Shown here in pieces: positions 56,601 to 64,000 of a DNA stretch of 64,000 bases; within the stretch, counting starts at the first letter, position 1, and every line of letters begins with the position of its first letter. The notes under the pieces were generated by a model. The model saw only the letters and a program-made list of their open reading frames with translations. It searched no databases and was not told the origin of the DNA. The position numbers and the translations under genes were made by a program. Source of the stretch: a virus; IMG/VR virus record IMGVR_UViG_3300030099_008323, positions 32,001 through 96,000 of that record. One strand, 5' to 3'.

Positions 56601-59600
56601 ACGAGCTGTTTGCACAAATTCAATATCAACTGCTTGATCACGTTGAGCTGAGGATGATACAAAGAAATCACCTCGACCTGTATAATTATACTCCGTGAAA
56701 GCTGACATTGGGCCATATGTCTTAGCTTGTCTTCTGCTGGCAGAGCCAGATGTAAAGTCTTCGATTATAAATCTTCCGCTAGCATCTGAGCCGGTTACAT
56801 TATCCATTGTCCAATTCAGAGCTAGAGTTTTGATTTGCGGCATGAAAGACTTAGCATCTCTATCATTTCTGTTATCTGGGCGTCCAGAAGTTAATTGTAC
56901 GTGATTATTCTCATAAGGGTTTAAAGCTCCGTAATTAGATGCATCTCTAGCATGTCCCTTAATCGCTTCGTCAGAAAGATAATCAAACCAAACACGTGTC
57001 GAAGAAACCTTAACGTCAGAGTGCTTTAGAATACTACCGGTATAATTTTGTCTTTTAGCTCCAACATATATTCTTTTTGGCTCTGCAAAAAAACGCATTG
57101 CTCTTTTAATTGTCATCGTATTTGATATTTTAAATTCATTTTTTACAATGTTAGAGACTGTATTTACTCCGTAAAGTTCATATGTATAAGAATTTTTTTC
57201 TGTATGTAAACTTCCTGTCAGGGAGCCACTTACCATTGGTGCTGCTGGATACCTCGTAGGCCTAAGTCGAAATGCTAAATTCCATTTTTCATTATCATAA
57301 GCAGCTGCATAAGTCTCGGGTGTTTCAATAGAAGAGAATGCAACTGGGTTGTCAGATGAAATTTTAAACTTAACGTTTCTTCTATCATGATCTGGCTTGG
57401 TTGCAACAACATCAAAAGTTGTTTCAGTGCCCGGTGCATAAGCATAATCTGTATCAGAGGCGCCGACTGCACTAAGACCAAAAATGGCTGTTTCGTCAGA
57501 AGGGAACAAAGAATAGTTATCGTCATTCGCTATTGTTCTCTTGGGGAAAAATACTTCTGTCTCAATGGTAAATGAAGACCCTGACGCCAATACATGACTC
57601 ATGCTTGGTATATATGAAATTGAATTTGAATCGTTAGGGTCTTTAAACTGATATGCAGTGGCAGTATAGGCGCCACCATAACTATTATTCTCAGCTAATC
57701 TAGATTCAGGGTCATCAAAGTCTAAATATTTTTTTCTATATGCAGTGCTTGTAAAGTTGTCTTTTAGCTCATACTCATCGTTGCTAGCATATATATTAAA
57801 TTTAATTAGCTCTTCGTCAACACCAAAACATCTTAAAAAGTTTCGCATTGACTTGTTTGTGCCTTTTGATTTTTGTATAAAAGTTAAGTTGTTGTAGATA
57901 TTTTGATAAATTGTATTTTTAACATCATGAAGTTTTTTCTCAAATAATCTTCTTTCATCTCGTTGCAAAAATTTAGCCAGCATATCAGCATCAGAAAATA
58001 ATTCAGGTGGGCTGTAGCCTCTGGCAGATAATAACCTGTCAGCAAAAGGAAGCGGCTTTTCATACTTTGAATCATAGGGATAATTTATATCTTTTAAAGT
58101 TGGTAGCTTCTCCATCTTCAAATAAATTTCGTCAAAGAAACTTGACATAATCTGTGTTAAGAATTTTAAATGATCAGACCTTTTCTCATCGTCTTCCAAA
58201 ATCCAACCTGGCATTGATCTGTACAAAGAAGAATTATTTTCATGGTCATGTATTGATCCTGATGCTTTCTTAGATGCTAGCAGATTAGCGACAGCTGGAT
58301 GGTGTGCATATAAAATAGGATCTTTAAATTCAGAAGCGGCAGCGGACGATGACACAATTGCAGAACCAATAGATCTATTCGCTGCTTTATAATTAATAAA
58401 TTCACCATTTGATATTCTTCCAGAATAATCTAAAATAGTTTTATCTGTCGCTGCGACACCAGTTATACCTTCGTTAAATTTAAAGTACACCCCTAAATCA
58501 ATCTTGTTATTTTGATCATCATACTTTACATTATCAGTATTTGTACCGCCATTTATTGGTGTCCTAAAGTTTCTTCCAATTTGTTGTGCGTTTCTTTCAG
58601 TTTTCCAATATCTGAATTCGTCAAAAGAAGTAGCTATAATATTGCCCCAGCCTTTTTCTGCGTTATCTAAATCAGAGTTTGATGGGCCCGCGAGGGCGCC
58701 AATGGATGCGACTAAGGTACCAGTAATTGGATTAATTTGTGCTGCAGCTGTTTTGTCAGATTTTAGCTGACCATCGACATACAATCTTGTTTGCGTTGAT
58801 GACCCAACTTTTTTTGCAGTTAGTGCATAGTGGTGCCAACCACTACCAGAAATATTTGATAATCCTGTTATGTGATCGTGTGAGAATGCTGTAGTGCCTG
58901 AAGCAATTGATAGGAGAATTCTAGATTGCAAAGCAGCTGTCGTGCCTCCTCTCATCATAACCTTCACATTACCAAAAGTACTTCCGGCAGCACCAGATGA
59001 AATAAGATTAAATATAGTTTCATATTTTGTTGCAGAAGTTGATAACCAAGCATCTTTCTTCATCCAAAATTCAACTGTTGCTCCTTTAGATAAATCAAAT
59101 TCTAAATTATTTGTTCTTTGGCTAGCGGTGTGATATACATTGGCCTTTGATATTCCATCTCTAGAGGCGCCAGCTGAAAGATCACTCTTAAAATCACCTT
59201 TTGAATCTGGATTCGGACCACCTTTAAAATATATATACTCCGGAACACTACTACTAAAGAAATTACCTTGGCCAGTGTTAGTGTACGTGTTTTGTGTTGA
59301 GTTAAATTTTACATGCCCGTTTGTTCTTGGATATTCATTCTCGAATATAAAAAGATCTAAACCAGTGCTTTCATTTTCCCACTCTGTTTTTTCTGCTAAT
59401 GAACCATCGTAAGGGTATGTTTGATATACACGCTTTATAGAATTTTCATAGTATAGCTCTGCTTGGCCAAATCTTGCAAAATTAGAAGCTGTTGTGTAAT
59501 CAACATCTGGAAGAAACCGATCTCTTTTTTCTATGTAAGCATCAATGAATCTAGGGGACTCCACATCTTCACGCAAGTTATCTAAACTTTTATCTTTTAG

Positions 59601-59645
59601 TAACTTAGCAGAATATCCCTTATCAAATAATTCTTTAATGCTCAT
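53673..59645 (-). CDS. Giant baseplate wedge protein (gp7/P2 gpI-like position) with LamG and MAM-like domains
   Basis: LamG: ATVEFWMK...WHHYALT...LYVDGQ...FDEFRYWKTER; wedge-like IQKSKGTNKSMRNFLRCFG; MAM-like: TGPS...GYAYCE...LVTP...FRYHMFG...GTLKV...GQQ...PW...FYLRF...GDCAIADINL. Confidence 0.7.
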   Translation of the reverse strand: MSIKELFDKGYSAKLLKDKSLDNLREDVESPRFIDAYIEKRDRFLPDVDYTTASNFARFGQAELYYENSIKRVYQTYPYDGSLAEKTEWENESTGLDLFIFENEYPRTNGHVKFNSTQNTYTNTGQGNFFSSSVPEYIYFKGGPNPDSKGDFKSDLSAGASRDGISKANVYHTASQRTNNLEFDLSKGATVEFWMKKDAWLSTSATKYETIFNLISSGAAGSTFGNVKVMMRGGTTAALQSRILLSIASGTTAFSHDHITGLSNISGSGWHHYALTAKKVGSSTQTRLYVDGQLKSDKTAAAQINPITGTLVASIGALAGPSNSDLDNAEKGWGNIIATSFDEFRYWKTERNAQQIGRNFRTPINGGTNTDNVKYDDQNNKIDLGVYFKFNEGITGVAATDKTILDYSGRISNGEFINYKAANRSIGSAIVSSSAAASEFKDPILYAHHPAVANLLASKKASGSIHDHENNSSLYRSMPGWILEDDEKRSDHLKFLTQIMSSFFDEIYLKMEKLPTLKDINYPYDSKYEKPLPFADRLLSARGYSPPELFSDADMLAKFLQRDERRLFEKKLHDVKNTIYQNIYNNLTFIQKSKGTNKSMRNFLRCFGVDEELIKFNIYASNDEYELKDNFTSTAYRKKYLDFDDPESRLAENNSYGGAYTATAYQFKDPNDSNSISYIPSMSHVLASGSSFTIETEVFFPKRTIANDDNYSLFPSDETAIFGLSAVGASDTDYAYAPGTETTFDVVATKPDHDRRNVKFKISSDNPVAFSSIETPETYAAAYDNEKWNLAFRLRPTRYPAAPMVSGSLTGSLHTEKNSYTYELYGVNTVSNIVKNEFKISNTMTIKRAMRFFAEPKRIYVGAKRQNYTGSILKHSDVKVSSTRVWFDYLSDEAIKGHARDASNYGALNPYENNHVQLTSGRPDNRNDRDAKSFMPQIKTLALNWTMDNVTGSDASGRFIIEDFTSGSASRRQAKTYGPMSAFTEYNYTGRGDFFVSSSAQRDQAVDIEFVQTARQNLPEVINSDDMVQILNKQDDVVFTRDTTYVQHILSVEKSMYQTISDEMLRMFSTIVDFNNLIGDPVNRYRQEYKKLGKIRDIFFDKVQNEPDLDKFIEYYKWIDDAITAMIIQLIPASSNTSEMLRNMVESHVLERNKYWTKFPTLSLKPPDLGASLQGIGNLPHTVEPDGSERANIRGNADAMEHAARGYKVLQPPLRQSPAPQNIRAAWWKNRAERDVLELSSGVTGVDEARNIFLKTAQTLVSSSEPTLKTAAGTRYGSSFFGVRSVSTLANYFVRKSHNLKAGSNPTNNKVHDFYKNAIKWGSDDDFIYIDLDNENKKIDIRDQNVPPEINKQLFIMKAYTMFAKNPRADFVAEEDDYKSTLLLPFSIYSSSFNTGYIAQFSPSAINLDFTNMHDDKYGPHAEIPLQGPFTEMHVGGMQHRHVGLNIHDSVKNSNNLNKLDGQLTRPEGWHLQSFLNESLTSSLVYEPFANTTDTATTDVTVLNLPSGSAAGDPGEEEYWRNGLGTDNSWSFFSGSTDSIHTGPSIGYVPNAGYAYCEVLPDRVGETFGLVTPLIDLLDVAEDDDVFLFFRYHMFGVSQGTLKVQACTSVDFNNNVTDLPIYWYAGNTTATTLNAIGSISGQQQTASDDPWRVATTTANAAFGNGLDKFIGKRFYLRFLYTSGILHLGDCAIADINLYIGPDDGGIERNSFKLFDATHDNHNRPRAFYMRPEFAKRPVNIRNIHMTSSSPTKAGNFLDRYQYVSTVSPEANDPWFVKNADKIKRSTAESLNLDVSSIEHRLNVASLIDGSTPRRNNSGIRLDDGDIGVNYTLLDRTFLTGSIRNRTRIKTKFSSPGGFEVMSRGFLDVAHETFSVYNAMTFRNNWVRKVFNSQLQAHSGRYGVSSHGTNTARVYGSEAVGTIRSDDYAISGDASRHKYHRNNIERLELSGSSADFAGMTVITASSFDNAFVSHMIPRTENQTRWITASLN

Positions 59646-59668
59646 ATTTTAAACCCAACTCTATAGTC

Positions 59669-61228
59669 TTAATTATCTTCAACTCTAAATTTAAACACCT
59701 CTTCTTGTTCACGCCAACCAACAGAGGTATAATAAGCTAATTTTATACCGTACAAATAGCCAGGCTCTAGCAAAGACATATCTAAATCAAAGTAGCTTCC
59801 AGAGTTGTCATATGATAAATAAGTATGATAAGTGCTGCTGCCAGTTGAATTATTTATTACGGTTGCATTGTCAACCATTCTTATTATTTCGTACGAAGCG
59901 CTTTGGATAATTGTATTTTCCGGATCCAAGCTTGCAATACTATAAATTGTTTGGGATGATTTTCTAGCTCTTGTAAAAACTCTAAACCTAGCCTGTTCAT
60001 TACTGACATATAAAGGTTTAAGATTGGTAATTTTTGTTGCGTAACGTGGATAGTTATTCCAACCAGGTGATGTTAAAGTCTCTGGCTTAATAGCACCAGT
60101 AAAGAACTCAGTTGAGCCAGTATGCCAAACATCGTACAAAGTCTTAAGAGACGTTGACCCTGTAAAAGCAAATGAACAAGAGTATATGCCAGTAGCCACA
60201 AAACCACCGGTTATATTAAGATTGTTTGTATCTCCAGTAAAGCCCACGCCGCTAGCCTTATCATTTCTACTAGGCTGCAATTTTGGTCCAAATGGAGCAG
60301 TATCATCTGTAGACCCAGAATATATACTGACCAATATGGTACCAGTGCCTACAGACGGTATATTTGTTAATCTACCTCTAACATAGTTGTAAAGATAAAT
60401 TGTATTAAGATTATCTTCTGCTGGTGCTAATGAGCTGCTATAGAAAAAACTTCCTCTATTATCCAGTCTTCTAGAGTCCCATCGAGCTTCAATGTTAGGT
60501 TTTTTAAAAAAGAACTCACTAGTTCTTGAAAAAAACCTCTTAGTGTAAAAACTTGTCTTTTGACCTGCCGTATTAGCCAACACAAAGCTATCTGATGCAG
60601 TTACAAGCGCAGAAAAACTAGATGTCAGGAATATTCCAAAACCATAATTTGCTTGGTTTCCAGCAATCCACTCTTCAACAGCAGCAGTAACATCTAGAAA
60701 AATATCCTCATCTCCATCTTCAAACGTAAATGTGTAATTTGGCATTGTTGTTCCGGGAGCATATGTTGAGGAATGATAAGTGCCACCAATTTGAGCCCAT
60801 GAGTCTGTTTTAGATCTTCTTATCCAGTTTGAGCCTACAATTGCATCTTCTGTTACATCCGTATAGCCCTCCATATCCAAGCCATGGCCTTCTTGCCAAG
60901 ACTGAGATACAGCTAAAACATTGACTGTAAAATCTCTAGGTAGTTGCTCTGAGTGCCTAGCATTACATACCCTCAAATAAAAACTCACACTCCCAGAAGC
61001 AGGAATATCTCCGTTGGTTCTATCTGCAGCAATTTTTGTTATAGGAAATTCGAGCAATACGCGAGATAGTTCTGCCGATGATGTTGTATTCCCCTGGCCA
61101 TATAACGAAAAAACCTCTAAAATGTCTGACGCGCCCATATTTGAGCCTGTGCCTCTAGTAGTTAAATTAGATTGAAAAGCATTAGTGATAGTGTTGTCTT
61201 TATTAGCTGTGTATCTCTTGACGCCCAT
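59669..61228 (-). CDS. Baseplate protein with DNRLRE/CBM96-like N-terminal domain
   Basis: KDNTI...NMGASDILEV...SRVLLEFP...FYLRV...VLAVSQSWQEG.G...GSNW pattern; directly after the gp6-like gene. Confidence 0.55.
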   Translation of the reverse strand: MGVKRYTANKDNTITNAFQSNLTTRGTGSNMGASDILEVFSLYGQGNTTSSAELSRVLLEFPITKIAADRTNGDIPASGSVSFYLRVCNARHSEQLPRDFTVNVLAVSQSWQEGHGLDMEGYTDVTEDAIVGSNWIRRSKTDSWAQIGGTYHSSTYAPGTTMPNYTFTFEDGDEDIFLDVTAAVEEWIAGNQANYGFGIFLTSSFSALVTASDSFVLANTAGQKTSFYTKRFFSRTSEFFFKKPNIEARWDSRRLDNRGSFFYSSSLAPAEDNLNTIYLYNYVRGRLTNIPSVGTGTILVSIYSGSTDDTAPFGPKLQPSRNDKASGVGFTGDTNNLNITGGFVATGIYSCSFAFTGSTSLKTLYDVWHTGSTEFFTGAIKPETLTSPGWNNYPRYATKITNLKPLYVSNEQARFRVFTRARKSSQTIYSIASLDPENTIIQSASYEIIRMVDNATVINNSTGSSTYHTYLSYDNSGSYFDLDMSLLEPGYLYGIKLAYYTSVGWREQEEVFKFRVEDN

Positions 61229-63018
61229 TATTTAATAGTTCCTTTGATATCTGTGTTTGCAAATTTTAATTCATAAATTGCATTTTCAGGAGCATACAAT
61301 ATTCTTCCATCAGCGGAAGTGTAATGCTTAAGATTGACACTTTCGTCAGAATATCTTTCACCAACTTTTTCAACTATCTCAACATTTACTACATCAACTA
61401 TTTCTTCTAAGTTATTAAGTTTATTAAATATATCAATAATATAAATTGGTTGTCCTATATCTAGTTTCTCTTCAAACATCCCTTCAATTGATTCAATGCC
61501 TGCATTCAAAGCCTCGTATTTATCTTGATCAAAATTAACAACAGCAGTAAAATTAATTCCAATATTTATTATCATCGGATCTAAAATGTCGACAGTATCA
61601 TTTATCATTTTGTAATGGTTTATCCACGTTTTGACATTATTCTTTAAAACGGGATTAGCTACAGCTAATTTACCATCTAAATCTTCGCCTAATACATATA
61701 GATTTAAATTTCTTTTAAATGAATCTTGATCTCGAATTATTTTTGCTCGTTTAATTTTTCCAAATTTCGATGGCATCCTGTATATTAGAGCTTGATAGTC
61801 TTCAGCAGTCACTGCTCTATTTTGTGAAGAGAAAACATCATTAATTCTTTGTTTCAATTCAGAAACTGTTGGAAGACTTACATCTCCATTTATTGAAGTT
61901 TCGTTGGTGCATTCTAAGCTGTTCTTAACATAGTTTATTTTAGCGGTATCTGTTGCACTGCTGGGAAATACAAATAATGGATCTGAGATAGATGACAATT
62001 CACGTGCAGCTAAATTAGAATTTTCAGTTGTATTCGCTCTGTACACAACATTTAATATTGTATTTGCTGGTGATATGCCAAATTTGTCAGTTTCAATTAA
62101 TTTTGCTGGATCAAAAGATGTATCTTTTTCGTAATCTCTGCCATGCATTTGCAAAACAATTTTTGATGGGTGCGTTGTATTGTCATTCTTGAGAGAAGAT
62201 TCTGAGCCATATCCAAACTTTAATAATGTTTGGCCGGCTCTGCTGAATACGGTAAATCTCCTTGGTATGCTAGTCGCAACCATAACATTTGGTGTTAGAT
62301 CTTTTGATTTATTATCTTTATTAATTACAGACCTGAATACAGTATCTTGTGATAAGTAATCAACTTCAAAATATTGGTGTCCCTCAGTATCAATTACTGA
62401 TATGATCTCACTAACATTGGCATCATCAATCGAAACAGTCAAGAATCTTCTAAAATCACCAACTGAAATAGAAGTTGTTTTTAGTTCACCAGAAACTACT
62501 TTTCCAAAAGATTTAACAGCAAAAGATGTTGGATTACCTGAGTTATCTGACGTAGCTGTAATTATTTCATTGTTTGTGTCTGCAAAGTTTACATCATCAA
62601 CCAAAGAAAAAACTTGTCCTGAATTTGAAGTAATTTTTGTTCCCTTAGCCAAAACTGGAAGATAATTTAAATCAGGCGCCGTTGCATTAGGTTGTGTTGT
62701 GACTAAAATATAAAATGTTGCAATTCCAAAAGAATTTGCCTTTAAAGGTTGTTTATAGCCAACTTGCTCACCCATTCTTAATATATTATTATACTCAACT
62801 GCGGTATCGAGAAATGATTCATTAGCTTGATAATCTAGATAAAAAGAAAGAATGTCTCCAACATAAGACACAGTATCTAACATTAATGATCCAAAAGATG
62901 CTTCTGAAAAATCTTTATGGATAGAAGGGTAATAACGCTTTGCATAATCTACTAAGCCTTCTTTTATAGAAGTAAAATCTCTATTTGTATATTTTATTAT
63001 TTTTTTATCTTTGCTCAT
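61228..63018 (-). CDS. gp6: Baseplate wedge subunit (gp6 / baseplate J-like)
   Basis: YTNRDFTSIK...DFSEASFGSLMLD..SYVGDILSFYLDYQANESFLDTA...QNRAVTAEDY. Confidence 0.9.
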   Translation of the reverse strand: MSKDKKIIKYTNRDFTSIKEGLVDYAKRYYPSIHKDFSEASFGSLMLDTVSYVGDILSFYLDYQANESFLDTAVEYNNILRMGEQVGYKQPLKANSFGIATFYILVTTQPNATAPDLNYLPVLAKGTKITSNSGQVFSLVDDVNFADTNNEIITATSDNSGNPTSFAVKSFGKVVSGELKTTSISVGDFRRFLTVSIDDANVSEIISVIDTEGHQYFEVDYLSQDTVFRSVINKDNKSKDLTPNVMVATSIPRRFTVFSRAGQTLLKFGYGSESSLKNDNTTHPSKIVLQMHGRDYEKDTSFDPAKLIETDKFGISPANTILNVVYRANTTENSNLAARELSSISDPLFVFPSSATDTAKINYVKNSLECTNETSINGDVSLPTVSELKQRINDVFSSQNRAVTAEDYQALIYRMPSKFGKIKRAKIIRDQDSFKRNLNLYVLGEDLDGKLAVANPVLKNNVKTWINHYKMINDTVDILDPMIINIGINFTAVVNFDQDKYEALNAGIESIEGMFEEKLDIGQPIYIIDIFNKLNNLEEIVDVVNVEIVEKVGERYSDESVNLKHYTSADGRILYAPENAIYELKFANTDIKGTIK

Positions 63019-63416
63019 ATCTTATTTGTTCCGTCAGTAGATAAAACTAAACTAGTATTTAAATTTAAACCAGGAATTGAATAATCAATAGACAAATTTA
63101 GTATTTGAGAATCTTTTGCAAAATCTTCACTCAAATCCTGATCAAAAGAAATTTTATTCACTTCAATAAAAGGAAGATATTTTTTTGTTTGATTTATTAT
63201 TCTCTGTCTAATTTTAGGTATTGCATCACTCTTTTTTTCAAAAAGAAAATTACGCAGCCCAATACCAAAATCTGGGTTCATAACTCTCTCTCCCGGAGAA
63301 GTTAGTAAAAGATTTTTAAAATTTTGATTAATTTGTTCTGGAAAAGTAGTGGTGAGACCATAGAAACCATGCTCACTATCTCTTCTCAATGGTAACTTTG
63401 GTCCTATTCCTATCAT
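63015..63416 (-). CDS. gp25: Baseplate wedge subunit gp25-like (gpW/gp25 family)
   Basis: INQNFKNLLLTSPGERVMNPDFGIGLRNFLFE...KYLPFIEV. Confidence 0.9.
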   Translation of the reverse strand: MIGIGPKLPLRRDSEHGFYGLTTTFPEQINQNFKNLLLTSPGERVMNPDFGIGLRNFLFEKKSDAIPKIRQRIINQTKKYLPFIEVNKISFDQDLSEDFAKDSQILNLSIDYSIPGLNLNTSLVLSTDGTNKI

Positions 63417-63426
63417 ATCTTAATCC

Positions 63427-64000
63427 TTATAATTCATCTTCGCAATTAACACCATCTTGGTTTTCAATGCTTTGAGATAATTCATGCTGCTTCTCTTCAT
63501 ATCCATCTATAAATAGTAGTGCAAGATAAATCATACCAGGAATGGTGCTCGGTGGACCAACAAAGAAAGGTATTGGTACTAATCCTCCGAGAAAAGGCAG
63601 CTGAGAAGGCACTAATGCAGCCCACAAACTAGGCAACAACCACGGTGATGAAAATATATCTTTAAGCACTTGTTTTGCTTTGGTGACTTTTTCATCTATT
63701 TCTTTTGTAATCTCCAACATTTGCTCTTCTAATTCGCTAACGCTGTCTTTTGCTTCTTTGTATGCTTCTATCAAATCCGCTGCTGAGTCCATCTGTTCTT
63801 TAAAATCTAAGAACGATTCATCATCCTTTAAAGTTTGCGGTACTTTGGACATATTCACTTCAAATTTCCACTCTGTTATTTCATCTGCCGATGCGTCAAG
63901 TGTAATTGCATCTTCAATGTCTTCGTCAGACCATCCCTCAGGCGCGACCGCTGATTTCCAAGCAGGGGTCAAACCTGTTTTGGTTGCACTTAAGGCAGCA
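63427..64000 (-). CDS. Hypothetical protein, 5'-truncated by window edge
   Basis: Frame stays open from the track start (TTG 63972) to the window end; C-terminal Pro-rich hydrophobic stretch (PWLLPSLWAALVPSQLPFLGGLVPIPFFVGPP). Confidence 0.65.
   Translation of the reverse strand, partial: AALSATKTGLTPAWKSAVAPEGWSDEDIEDAITLDASADEITEWKFEVNMSKVPQTLKDDESFLDFKEQMDSAADLIEAYKEAKDSVSELEEQMLEITKEIDEKVTKAKQVLKDIFSSPWLLPSLWAALVPSQLPFLGGLVPIPFFVGPPSTIPGMIYLALLFIDGYEEKQHELSQSIENQDGVNCEDEL

Noticed and set aside
158-63305. Many plus-strand ORFs in the track (e.g. 3297..3866, 17207..17725, 17929..18732, 31200..31613)
   Set aside because: All lie antisense to long minus-strand genes, mirror their codon bias (Ser/Ala/Thr-rich), and have no SD or recognisable family.
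1-64000. Alternative genetic code (stop-codon reassignment), known in some large phages
   Set aside because: Core genes are full length under code 11, and TAA, TAG and TGA all serve as stops.
1-64000. tRNA genes, CRISPR array, introns, inteins, homing endonucleases, IS elements
   Set aside because: Intergenic gaps are short and explained by promoters and terminators; no spaced repeats; terminase, capsid and primase are uninterrupted.
1-64000. Giant eukaryotic virus (NCLDV) or extracellular contractile injection system
   Set aside because: Despite the MAM domain and Mre11-Rad50 fusion, gp23/gp20/gp17/gp21 homologues, SD sequences and bS21 show a T4-like bacteriophage; a capsid plus terminase excludes a tailocin/eCIS.

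Overview
A 64 kb segment of a large, AT-rich, T4-like (contractile-tailed, myovirus-type) bacteriophage genome. Essentially all real genes are on the minus strand and tightly packed; the plus-strand ORFs in the track are antisense shadows. In transcription order (high to low coordinates): baseplate wedge genes (gp25-like, gp6-like, a DNRLRE/CBM96-like protein, a 1990-aa wedge protein with LamG and MAM-like domains); four large uncharacterised virion proteins; tail-collar-like paralogues; a RuvC-like resolvase, DnaG-like primase and a single-chain Mre11-Rad50 (SbcD-SbcC) fusion; a fibre gene; a cluster of small membrane genes containing an unannotated 38-aa, 12-Cys peptide; terminase, portal, prohead protease, a phage-encoded ribosomal protein bS21, a repeat-containing fibre, scaffold, major capsid, neck, a 1154-aa sheath, tube, a tail chaperone pair with a probable frameshift, tape measure, tube initiator, LysM/gp53-like protein, and a hub-like gene running off the left end. 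Four CDSs missing from the supplied track were read by hand (1..2015, 22402..22536, 22570..22635, 29647..29763). A recurrent upstream motif (ACTA[T/A/C]TTA on the coding strand) looks like the late promoter. No tRNA, CRISPR array, intron, intein or mobile element was seen. Family assignments come from motif recognition and synteny, not database searches.
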